This document shows positions 19,941 through 29,349 of a stretch of 64,000 nucleotides of DNA, piece by piece. Below the pieces are notes generated by a model. That model did no database searches, was not told where the DNA came from, and saw only the letters and a list, made by a program, of their open reading frames with translations. Both the position numbers and the translations under genes were made by a program. Source of the stretch: Diplonema japonicum (taxonomy: Eukaryota > Protista > Euglenozoa: Diplonemea); NCBI GenBank assembly GCA_964019335.1, contig OZ025673.1, positions 186,001 to 250,000 of the forward strand, given 5' to 3'. Position 1 is the first letter of the stretch. Each line of letters starts with the position of its first letter.

Positions 19941-22275
19941 TCACGCATCGTCACCCTCACTACTATCGCTCAATACAGGTGATTTACCCTCTTGAGCAGA
20001 AGCAGATTTCAAAATTTTCACAGCATCCTTACAGCATTTCTTTCCCTTATTTTCTATATAAGTCCCAATCTGCTGCTCGGTCATAACGTTCACCTCAATC
20101 AAATGGCTAACCAACGCCTGCAAGAGGTAAAGCTCATCGTCCGCCCAAAGCCACGTTTTGTCAAAGCAACACACGGCACACAGCATGTCCAGTGATGACG
20201 TGACCTGCGCCTGACTGAAGGCCTCCGATGCAGCAGGATGACACGGACACCAAAAGCTAGTAAAGATATCGTGGAAGAGCTCTGAAGAGCTTTCAACAAG
20301 AAGCTCTTCTTCAGGAGTAGAGGAGAAGAGGATTTGAGTGTATTTGATAGTCTGCTCAAACACAGTAAGAATGTCCCTCTTGAGACTGTTCATTGCATCT
20401 ACAGTTCTCTTGTAACAGTTGGGCACCTCCTCTACTAATCGCATATTTACAGACACGGCAACGAAGCAAGCCACTGCCTCCGTAACATCCTTCTCACCTA
20501 CCATTTTATTCTCTTCCAGGGATTGCACGTAAGTGATTAATGCATCTCGGTCTTGTTTATTGTTCCCCACGGCGATCGCTCTTAGCACCTCATGAACCAC
20601 CGTTACTTGTGTGTTTTTTGATATGTTTTTGTAATCTTTGAAGTCTGCTTCTAAGATGGCCTTCCTTTCTGCACCTTCCACAGTCGTTTCCATGCATTCC
20701 AAAGCACGGGCTTTGATTTTCAAAGATATGCTTGAGTCCAAGCCGAGAAGCGTTTGAAGGAGCTCCAGTTTTTCCTTCTCGGTGTCCATAGGTGCTTCCT
20801 GTTTAGGCTGCTTCTTCTTTTTGGGCGAGTTGTTGAGAGATGCGAAGATGCCCTTTTTTGTTTTATTTTTTTTCTAAGGAAGAAAAAAAAAAACATACCC
20901 CGGTAGGCGAAGTTTTCTCGCCGTTTGCAGGCGCGGAGGGTGTGCTGCCCTTGCTGTTTTTGCTGTCTCCTCTGGCCATCTGCCACTCGTCTCTCTTTTT
21001 CTCCTTTGGCTTCGGTTCTTTCTTGCCGTTCGATGCTCCGTTGACGAGACAGGAGTGCAGCTCTGCGGCAATACCCCATGCTGTCTTGTCGCCCGTGTGG
21101 TTGGAGTGACGGGTGCCTTCAAGCCTGTTTGGGAATTTTCTTTTTCTTTTTGCATACTTCCGTTTTTCCCTTTCCTCATTTTCTCGTTCCAAATCCTTCA
21201 ATTTCTTGGCGTTCACCTCTTTGACGGGCTGTGAAATTGTGGGGGGTATAAAAAAATTTAATATTATCATTGTCCATACCCATCCTTCCTGCCGGGCATC
21301 GCACAGGTTGAGTACGAGCATTCTGGTTCGCATGTCGTAGCCCTTTGCGGTGAGCTGCTCCAAACGCTCGAAGTATCTTTCTATCCATTGTGGGTAGTTT
21401 GGGGTTTTGGGCGCGTTGCCCTCCAGCTCTTTGCCTGTGGTTTTCAACAGCCTGCAAAGAACTTCAAGGTCGCCGGCCTCTGGCGTGAAGGAGGAGTCGG
21501 AAGGAGCCAGCTCTTTGGTGCCATAGAGAATCTCCGTGATGATAAGATGCATGACCTTGTCGGTCAACATTTGTTTTCTGTAAAGCTCGCCTACGAATTG
21601 TATGTTTCCAAGCTTTCGCTTTTTTTCCTCAGCGCCTTCTTCGCCGTCTTTGAGGCCTCGTTTCTTGTGGTAGTTGTACTCCCTTTGAACGGTCTCGACG
21701 AGGATGCGTCTGAACTGGCTAGCCTTCTGCCCGGTCTCCTGTTGGCGGCGAAGTTCCGCTTTTGAAATGAGTCTCGAGAGGTCCGCATACATCTCGCAGA
21801 AGGACGGCTGCACAACGGCACGGTCAAAGATCAACTTTATGGTAATGTTCATGTATTCCCCGTTGCTTGTGATCCCAATGTTTGGGTCAGTCAAGCGTCT
21901 TGACAATGTGTCATACTTCTCTGGGGTAAGTTTGTTCAGAATGCCATGGACAACTTTCATCAGCTTCTCGTTGCTGTCCAGATCTGCTTCGTTTTTAACC
22001 TTGAAACCCGTTTCGGAGACCTGCAGTGCTGCAGGTGCGCTTGTCCCGAACCCGCTCCTGGAGTACATTGGCTGGTTTGCCTCCATGCACCTATCCTCGA
22101 ACAGCTTTCCTATCGCCATGCTGTCTTTCCCCTTCGCGATGCCATGCTCCGCCAGCACGTCCTTCAAGGTTGCCAAATCGTCATGCCCGCTCACCCCTGC
22201 TGCTTTCTGTTTCAGATGCAAACTCTCTTCCAATGTGTAAGTGTACTTGATGCGGCCTTCTTCTTCTTCTGTCAT
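19941..22275 (-). CDS. EIF4G: Translation initiation factor eIF4G (MIF4G + C-terminal helical domain); 4 exons, 734 aa
   Basis: GILNKLTPEKY, IFDRAVVQPSFCEMYADL, GNIQFVGELY and EVLCRLLKTTGKEL are MIF4G motifs. Introns 21279-21229, 21157-21125 and 20898-20853 join the two ORFs in frame. Confidence 0.92.
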
Positions 22276-22438
22276 TTTATTTTTGTTTTCTTTATTTTTA
22301 CTTTCTCCCCCTTCTCCTTTTTGCGTATTGGTTTTTTTGTTCTTCTTTTTTTTTTTTTTTTTTCTTCCTTTTTCTTTGGGGTCAAACACAATTAAAAAAA
22401 AAAATCGACAACGGAGGCGTATAAACGCAAAACAATAA

Positions 22439-22467
22439 GAGTTAAAGGAGGCCGGTGTTGGCGTCCT
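22439..22467 (-). repeat. Intergenic hairpin motif B, copy 4
   Basis: Minus strand AGGA-C-GCC-AACACC-GGC-C-TCCT-TTAACTC. Confidence 0.85.
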
Positions 22468-22688
22468 GCACAAGAACTGTCTACTTGATTACAGGGGGCG
22501 CACCGCGGCCGAGTTGTAGCTTCTTCTGCGTTCCGCGTCGTGTCCTTAATGCGTGCGGTGTACAGCTCAACCCCATCCGGAGCGACCGGGTAACCAAGAT
22601 TCGACGCTCATGCAGTTTGCTGCCTGTTCGTCACCCTGAGCATTTGCGTTACGTTCTGGGTCCATGTTATCCCAACCACCTGAAACAA

Positions 22689-22730
22689 AGGCCATGTTTA
22701 AGGTCAAATCCCACTTGAGGACCACCCTCA
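22689..22730 (-). repeat. Intergenic hairpin motif A, copy 3
   Basis: + strand AGGCCATGTTTAAGGTCAAATCCCACTTGAGGACCACCCTCA. Confidence 0.9.
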
Positions 22731-22807
22731 GGGGGCGGCCTGTCTCTTGAAACTCCCGTCTGGAGCCTCCTGACGCGGGCTTCAAATCATTATTTTTTCT
22801 TCTCCTT

Positions 22808-23860
22808 CTATTCTACTTGCCGACGAAACGTTTCATTCCACACAGCCTCTCCTGTCGAGGAGAGGCATTTCTCTTCTCGTGCTTGGCGGAGAACATTACG
22901 CGCTTTTTCTCGGATCTCGTTTTGGTACCTTGTAGAGCGGGAAGAGTTGTGTGCAGACGCGTAGAGACGGAGCATAGAAGTGTAAAGGTGGCGGGAGTCC
23001 TTAAGACCGTCAGCAACGGCATGGGCAAAGGCTGCCTCTGCCAAGGGGAGATCGCCGTACGATCTGCGGATCATGAAATCGTATGTCATTGCGTTGGGGA
23101 GGACCTTCATCGCTTGCATCATCCTGAGAACATCTTTAACATGATCGCTCGACCGACAACAGAGAAGCAGTTCATTGAAGTGCCGTATGCTCCTTGACGG
23201 GATCTGCCTGTGGTAGGACACCGCTTTATCGAAGTCCACCGGATGGATATTTCGAATGGATGAGATAGCAGCTTCTAAAGCAACGACCGACCTACCGGAT
23301 CTTTCGACGAGGTACTCGATTTTTTCAAGTGAATGAGCGGTTTTGATACGGATCCCCCACGTGTGTTGGTCAGGCTTGATCTTCATGTCCTTCATCCTGG
23401 ACAGGACGGAGGTGAAGGCCATCATGTCTCGCCGTGAGGCGTGGTATGCTAGAAGGCCGTTGAAGAGGTCGACTGTGATGGGTTTCTTCACGTCCTTCAT
23501 GATGCTCGAGATGTCGAGTGCTGTCTCGGAGTGGGTGTATCCTGATAACCTTGTTCTTTGTACTCTGGAACAGGTCTCGCCCCGTGTTCTCATGTCGCTG
23601 TAGAACTCCTCCATCAGCGGTATTTGTTTCAGCCTCCCGGCGATCCGCAATGCGAGCAGACCGCTCATTTTTTGTAACGGAACACCATTACACTTTGCCT
23701 CTTCCCATATCTTCGAGGTGTTGCTCACCACAGCGCCGACCACAATTCTGTTGTCCTTGTATTTTTCCGCAGCTGCTGAAAGGGTTCTAAAAGCATGGGT
23801 ATAGTCGTCCGAAGACGCTCGCGCTTTAGATAGCGCCCGCAGGACGTCTTTGGGAAGCAT
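22808..23860 (-). CDS. Pentatricopeptide-repeat protein
   Basis: FNGLLAYHA...VLSRMKDMKIKPDQHTW and FNELL...VLRMMQAMKVLPNAMTYDFMI are PPR motifs; ATG 23860 after an A-rich leader. Confidence 0.88.
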   Translation of the reverse strand: MLPKDVLRALSKARASSDDYTHAFRTLSAAAEKYKDNRIVVGAVVSNTSKIWEEAKCNGVPLQKMSGLLALRIAGRLKQIPLMEEFYSDMRTRGETCSRVQRTRLSGYTHSETALDISSIMKDVKKPITVDLFNGLLAYHASRRDMMAFTSVLSRMKDMKIKPDQHTWGIRIKTAHSLEKIEYLVERSGRSVVALEAAISSIRNIHPVDFDKAVSYHRQIPSRSIRHFNELLLCCRSSDHVKDVLRMMQAMKVLPNAMTYDFMIRRSYGDLPLAEAAFAHAVADGLKDSRHLYTSMLRLYASAHNSSRSTRYQNEIREKARNVLRQAREEKCLSSTGEAVWNETFRRQVE

Positions 23861-24180
23861 TTTCTTTTTTCTCTTTTGTATCTCCCCCTTTTCCACCAAG
23901 TACTGTAAGCAGAATTTTAAACCTCTATTCACACCCACTTTTATCCGTTTTTCTCGTTGGATACGCAGAAAAATACACGATGATAGGAACGTAGTGGTTA
24001 GCAACGGCCCACCGAAAAATAAAATACAAGATATGTCGGGATTCGACCATGAGCAGTTCGAGAGAGACGTGATTACAAACGGAACAGGTATGGGATGGGA
24101 AGTCTTCTTCGGTCACAAAAGAGTGGTGGCGAAGGCATTAGGTTTAAAAAATAAAAAAAAAATAAAAATAAAAAGACTTG

Positions 24181-24759
24181 TCACGCTGTTCTGGAACGTT
24201 TTCTGCTTGTTTCTAGTATTGTCTCCAACGCTCGTTTCAAGCCGGCGGAGTCCGCCCTGCCGTCTTCGAGCATGTCTTTTTCTTCTGTTAATATGGACGA
24301 TATTTTTCTCTGAAATGCTTGATAAAGTGGTTCGGTGGAAGGGGTCAATGGGTAATGGTTCATCGCAACCCGTGCCGCACCCCAGGTCACGTTCACAATC
24401 GACGCCGAGGGGCCTTGAATGGCCTCCGGTATGCTGCACAGGAGTGTCAAAGCGTTGTCCGGTATCACCGTTCCATTGGCCACAGGGGCGGGAACACATA
24501 CAGTTCCCCCTTGAATGTTCCTCACTTTTTCTCTTGCTTCAAGGCCCTTGCGCACTATTTCCTCCTCTTCATCGCTATCATCATAGACCTCTATCCCTAT
24601 ACTTCTTAGAACCTCCCCTTGCGCAGTGCATTTTGCCTCGCACGCTGCAGTTTGCCGTTCACTTTCTTGCAGCGCTTTGGACAGTTTCTCATTCATGTCG
24701 ACTAGCATCGGTACGAGCACCTTGACCTTGTTGAAACATTGCGCTTTTTTCGTATCCAT
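24181..24759 (-). CDS. Hypothetical protein, 192 aa
   Basis: ATG after an A-rich leader; N-terminal coiled coil; basic C-terminus. Confidence 0.75.
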   Translation of the reverse strand: MDTKKAQCFNKVKVLVPMLVDMNEKLSKALQESERQTAACEAKCTAQGEVLRSIGIEVYDDSDEEEEIVRKGLEAREKVRNIQGGTVCVPAPVANGTVIPDNALTLLCSIPEAIQGPSASIVNVTWGAARVAMNHYPLTPSTEPLYQAFQRKISSILTEEKDMLEDGRADSAGLKRALETILETSRKRSRTA

Positions 24760-24869
24760 TTTCTTTTTTTTTTTCCCCCCTCTTTTTTTTTTTTCTCTAA
24801 AAAAACGAGTTTTCGACTTGGGCTAAACAAAACTAATGTAGTTTGGGGATAGCATGGTAATGCCAAGTC

Positions 24870-25307
24870 CTATCTAAAGTTCAAATGAGGGGTATAAACG
24901 AGATTTACGCTTAGCATCCTTCTCCTCAGTATTCTTCCGATCGTGTCATGGTTGCTGTCGTGGCCTCGGGGCGGCGGTGGTGTCGGGATGCAGCGAGGTT
25001 GGTATGAAAGGGATTTGATGCCCGCCTCCCGCAGCATGCATTCCTTCACCCGGCCCTTTTCCGACTTCTTAGGTTGCAGGAAATACAGCATTTTGTGGTA
25101 TCTCTCCGCGCTGCTATCCGGTTTCGTCTCTTTTTCCCAAGGGCTTACGGACGTGAGGCACATTAGGTCCTTCAGAGGCTTTATTTCGCAAACTTCTGTG
25201 CGATTCTTGGGCTTTCTAATTTTTTTCTTCGCTCTTCGAATTTCATCCAGCTTGGCCTTCCAAGTTTTCTCCATCTGATAGGCATATTCCGAGATCCCTC
25301 TATGCAT
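24870..25307 (-). CDS. Hypothetical basic protein, about 145 aa
   Basis: First ATG (25307) lies downstream of a long pyrimidine tract + AG. Confidence 0.65.
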   Translation of the reverse strand: MHRGISEYAYQMEKTWKAKLDEIRRAKKKIRKPKNRTEVCEIKPLKDLMCLTSVSPWEKETKPDSSAERYHKMLYFLQPKKSEKGRVKECMLREAGIKSLSYQPRCIPTPPPPRGHDSNHDTIGRILRRRMLSVNLVYTPHLNFR

Positions 25308-25476
25308 CACCCCTTCGCCCTTCCTTAGTAAGAAAGAGTAAACCTCAAACAAAGCCAAAAAAAAAAAAAAAAAAGAAAGAAAAAGAAAAAGAAAAAGAAA
25401 AAGAAAAAGAAGAAACTACTATTACTTCCCTGTCTTCTGAAACGTATCCAAAGCACATCAGACAGGAGAGAGCGAA

Positions 25477-25515
<39 letters not shown>

Positions 25516-25683
25516 AGGGGTAATCGTGTGCGCATGCCTCGTATATTTTTGCTTTTCGAATTTATCTTTCTAAGCCCCGTGGTTAGGGTAAAGAATATCT
25601 CCAACGCGCTCCCACCTCACTAAAGAGACGGCTTTTTTTTTTTTTTTTTCTTCGAAAGACTTTCTCTTTTCTTTAAAAAAAAG

Positions 25684-27648
25684 CTATTCTCCCGTGAGAG
25701 ATTGCTCGGGCTTCTTCTCGGGGACCTTTTCTCGTTCTTGCGGTTCAACAGCTTTCCGGGGAGATGCAACAGGTGACGCTGCCCCAGCAAGGGATTGCGA
25801 CCAGCGAACGAGGGAACTAAAAAGAAATTTAAAAAAAAAAAAAATCCTTTGTCCTCCTCCGACATACTCATGATACCGGTCAGGTAGATGATCACCAAAC
25901 ATATGCCTGGACACATATAACCGCGCGATTGCCCAATGAGTGGTTTCGGACGCTGTAGTTTTACATTCTTTTTTAGGGGGCAGAGATCGCTCAATGGTAC
26001 TACTCACATGACTAGTTGATACAGTTTGCGGCATCTCGTAAACCACAGGTTGGCCAGGCTTCCCGTGCCTGACTGGGTGGTGTATGAGCAGGAGCCGACC
26101 TGGGATGTGAAGCCGTGTGTGCGGGCACTCTTCATGCAGCTGGCTTTCATTCACCCCCGACACTTCACGCAACAACCGTTCAAGGTTTTTCAAAGACAAT
26201 CTGGGGACCGCGTCAAGCCCGCAGATTATAGAGGTGATGTACAACTCCTTTGAATTGAGCATCTCGATCACATCCCCGCTTACTGTCGGCGGGGAACCGA
26301 ACGAGTAACACGAGATGCCATCTGCCCAACCTCCTATACTGCTCTCACGCGCTTTGATGCTGAACAGCGTTGCAACCGCTGCGCCAAGAGAATGCCCCGT
26401 CGCAATGACAGCATAGTCAGGGTGGCTTCTGTGGGAGTTGTTCAAGTGTTCCATGAGCTTCGTGTGCGACCATATGAAGTCAGTGCACTTTACGATCCCA
26501 CTATGCGCCTCACCACATGAAAACTCGGTGCTCTCCGCAGTGAGGTCTGTCAACGTGTCCTGCTCAGACACGGTGCCTCGGATGGAAAGGACCAACAGTT
26601 TTCCCGTGTGGTCAACAAACAATGTGAACGCCGGCTGGTACACCTTGTTCGACCACACGGACATTAAGATCTCTCTGTTGCTGTTCAAGGAATCCAGTGC
26701 CTGCATGGCCCCCACGTCGTTGTCCCTAGACGTGACATCCGCCCCTACGTTCTTGAAGGGTTTCAGTACGGTGTGCATCCTGAATGCAGACCCAACGGTG
26801 CTCAGGTGCCCATTGGAGTACGCTACCCCATAGGACGCCTTTGCATACAGCATCGCTATGGAGCACATCTCGCTGTGCTCTGCATCTGTGAACCGTGGGA
26901 ACCTCTCCGGTAGGTGCTCGTACTGCTTTGAGTGCCGCGAGTAGACCTTCTTCAAGTTGATTAGCCCCAGTGGGCTTGCTAGTTTTACTTTATCCATCGT
27001 GCTCCACCTCTTCGAAAAGTCGCACAATAATGTTTTCAGGACGCCGCTTGCATCCGACTTGCCGAAGTCCTCGTACTCCTTCCTTTGCATGTCCGCTTCC
27101 TTCTTCAGTTTTACAGCACTGTTTGTCGCAATGCCCTCTCCACATTTGTGATGATAGTGCTTACCGCATGCCATGCATGTTAATCCCTGGTTGTGGAGAC
27201 CCCAAATAAAATCCTCGCACACACAACACCATGTTGGCTTCAAAAGGGTGACACGTTGTAGAACGTGGCTGGTGCAGGTTGAAGGCGTACGTGGAGAGGC
27301 AGGGGAGCGCGGGCTGAGGTCGCGTGCTTCTGAACGTAGAGACGAGTCTTCGCTGCTGTTGCATTCCGCCGACATTGTATCAGCGCTGCTGCTGAGACCC
27401 TTCAGGTTGGGGAGGCACTTGATGTGAGTGAGGAGACCACATTCCATGCATCGCATGCTCTGCTTATGCACCCCCCAGATGTGGGCAGAGCAGATCCCGC
27501 AGCTCTGTCCGGGCAGCGCTGTTTTCCTCACCATCCTGTGCTGGCACGCTGCGTACCGCATGTCAACTTGCTTGCGCAGCTCTCTCTTCGACTCTTTGCA
27601 TGACCGAGGAAGCGACGACGAAGACGACACTCTCTCCACATCGCCCAT
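25684..27648 (-). CDS. Class 3 (DAG-lipase-like) lipase with two N-terminal C1 domains; probably 2 exons
   Basis: Two Hx12CxxCx13CxxCx4HxxC C1 patterns; IRGT, AHSG, TGHSLG, DAVPRLS and DHLP catalytic motifs. In-frame intron 25867-25817 (51 nt) removes a low-complexity segment (VGGGQRIFFFFKFLF). Confidence 0.9.
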   Translation of the reverse strand: MGDVERVSSSSSLPRSCKESKRELRKQVDMRYAACQHRMVRKTALPGQSCGICSAHIWGVHKQSMRCMECGLLTHIKCLPNLKGLSSSADTMSAECNSSEDSSLRSEARDLSPRSPASPRTPSTCTSHVLQRVTLLKPTWCCVCEDFIWGLHNQGLTCMACGKHYHHKCGEGIATNSAVKLKKEADMQRKEYEDFGKSDASGVLKTLLCDFSKRWSTMDKVKLASPLGLINLKKVYSRHSKQYEHLPERFPRFTDAEHSEMCSIAMLYAKASYGVAYSNGHLSTVGSAFRMHTVLKPFKNVGADVTSRDNDVGAMQALDSLNSNREILMSVWSNKVYQPAFTLFVDHTGKLLVLSIRGTVSEQDTLTDLTAESTEFSCGEAHSGIVKCTDFIWSHTKLMEHLNNSHRSHPDYAVIATGHSLGAAVATLFSIKARESSIGGWADGISCYSFGSPPTVSGDVIEMLNSKELYITSIICGLDAVPRLSLKNLERLLREVSGVNESQLHEECPHTRLHIPGRLLLIHHPVRHGKPGQPVVYEMPQTVSTSHVSSTIERSLPPKKECKTTASETTHWAIARLYVSRHMFGDHLPDRYHEYVGGGQRIFFFFKFLFSSLVRWSQSLAGAASPVASPRKAVEPQEREKVPEKKPEQSLTGE

Positions 27649-27710
27649 GGTACCTTCCTTTGTGAAATGTTGCGGGATGGGAAGGGGAGGGGGGGGAACA
27701 CACATAGACA

Positions 27711-29183
27711 CTAAAGCGCACCATGGACCACCAAATGGTATGCAGTGATGAAAATATCATAAACAACAGCACCACCGAAGTAAAAGCTCGTCAGCACGAC
27801 ACCAATTCCAACAACTCCCACAGGGAGCTGGACGGCCACAGGAACAACGTCACTGGGGTCAGGCTTGATGCGCGTAGCGTATGCCATGTAAGCCATGAAG
27901 ACACCCGTCTCGATGTTGAGAAGTGCGGAGTTGAAGACGTCTAGAAGGATGTATAAAGAGTGCGAGAAGAAAAGGGCAACACAGAGTATGAAGCCAAATG
28001 AAAAAGCGTAAGAGGCGAGTTTGTACCCCCGCCAGCTTGACTCGAAGTCGGGGAATGTCGCAGTGACCGCACCATCAACGTAGTGCTTCATCCCAAGGCC
28101 AAGAGCGATGAAGCTGACAGTGACGGAGATAATGATGAAGATGTTGACAACAAGACCGATAAATTCATACTGTGGGTACTCGATGGAAAGGAACTGCAAA
28201 AGGGGGATCGTTGATATGTCGTGGTGCTTGGCGGCACGCTCTAGAGACGGGTGGTCCCCTTCCCCGAACTGTGGGACGATAACCATGATGCAGTACGTCC
28301 ACATCACGTTGAGCGCCCAGCACAACAACGTCCCGGCAAGACACCCGTTCCGAAACAAAACAATGTTGCTCGGCGTAGGAGCGAACGAGCTGTATAAAAC
28401 AGGGAGAACATTGATAGATCCTCCAAGCGACACCGTTCCAATAAGGAAGGCACTGCCTGTCTTGCTCCAGTCATCGACATAAGGGCGCTGCACGTTGTAG
28501 GCCACGTAGGACACAATGCAAATCATCAGAAGAAGCAAACCCGCTTTGAAAAACGTGAACGCAGCCACTGCTGAGGTAAGCGCTTTGTCGCAAATGATGA
28601 CCAGCGCCGCAAGGCTCGTTACAAATACCATGATGACGTGTTCCCTTGTAATGCCGATTAGTTTGTTGAAGGCGTTCGATGCGCTGATTGCGTAAGCTAT
28701 CATCACGATGAGGAAGTGGAAGTACACGCATCCATCGAACAGCAGGCGCAAGGCCGGCACGGGTACGAAGAACTTTGCCATGTTGTGTAGGTTTGCACGT
28801 TGTTCCGTGAATGAGCTCGGTGAAGCAATAGTGTCTTCTTCTTCGACTGACAGGCTGCGCTGCCTTCGCATCTTGACATCCCCATCATTCGACAAGCATT
28901 TTTCCAACGGTTCCATCTCCTCTGTGGTGAAAGCCTTGACATCGATTTCCATCTCTGTCCTCTGAAGCAGCTCAACCACAAAGCATATCACCGCAGCCTG
29001 GCACACCAGTGCTATGCTGAACGTGGACACAAAGGGCATCATCCCCGCAGGCCCCACTCGTACCGGCAACGCTAAGATCCCTATCCCCAATATCGTTGCC
29101 GTCGTAACCAACATACTCTTCACGAACAGCCATCGGCCTTCCGACGCTTCCATTGTCCTGCAGTGACTTCTTTCATCCTTCAT
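27711..29183 (-). CDS. Amino-acid permease (Trp/Tyr permease / Aa_trans-like), about 11 TM segments
   Basis: TATILGIGILALP N-terminal motif, TVSFIALGLG and many hydrophobic helices. Confidence 0.9.
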   Translation of the reverse strand: MKDERSHCRTMEASEGRWLFVKSMLVTTATILGIGILALPVRVGPAGMMPFVSTFSIALVCQAAVICFVVELLQRTEMEIDVKAFTTEEMEPLEKCLSNDGDVKMRRQRSLSVEEEDTIASPSSFTEQRANLHNMAKFFVPVPALRLLFDGCVYFHFLIVMIAYAISASNAFNKLIGITREHVIMVFVTSLAALVIICDKALTSAVAAFTFFKAGLLLLMICIVSYVAYNVQRPYVDDWSKTGSAFLIGTVSLGGSINVLPVLYSSFAPTPSNIVLFRNGCLAGTLLCWALNVMWTYCIMVIVPQFGEGDHPSLERAAKHHDISTIPLLQFLSIEYPQYEFIGLVVNIFIIISVTVSFIALGLGMKHYVDGAVTATFPDFESSWRGYKLASYAFSFGFILCVALFFSHSLYILLDVFNSALLNIETGVFMAYMAYATRIKPDPSDVVPVAVQLPVGVVGIGVVLTSFYFGGAVVYDIFITAYHLVVHGAL

Positions 29184-29349
29184 GAGTATGCACTACTACA
29201 CTACAAATGGCGGGCCCAGAAGCACTGCCAAAGATAATAAGTAAACCAATACTGAAAAGAAAAAAAGAAAGGCGTGGGGTAGGGTAGGCAAAGGAAAAAG
29301 GGTTAAGGAACAAAAAGGGGACAAAAGGGGGGTAAAAAAAAACGTTCGC

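Noticed and set aside
22487-22510. SRP/Alu-like GGCCGCGGTGCGCCCCCTGTAATC, and a helix-8-like CAGGTCC at 54566
   Set aside because: There is no GNRA loop or AGCAG motif and no room for an S domain.
25581-25590. Telomerase-template-like CCCTAACC on the minus strand
   Set aside because: Only 8 nt, expected by chance, and in a short spacer with no other telomerase RNA features.
25952-26005. Additional in-frame intron in the lipase (STIERSLPPKKECKTT region)
   Set aside because: No consensus donor lies in a phase matching the CAG acceptor, and the frame is already open.
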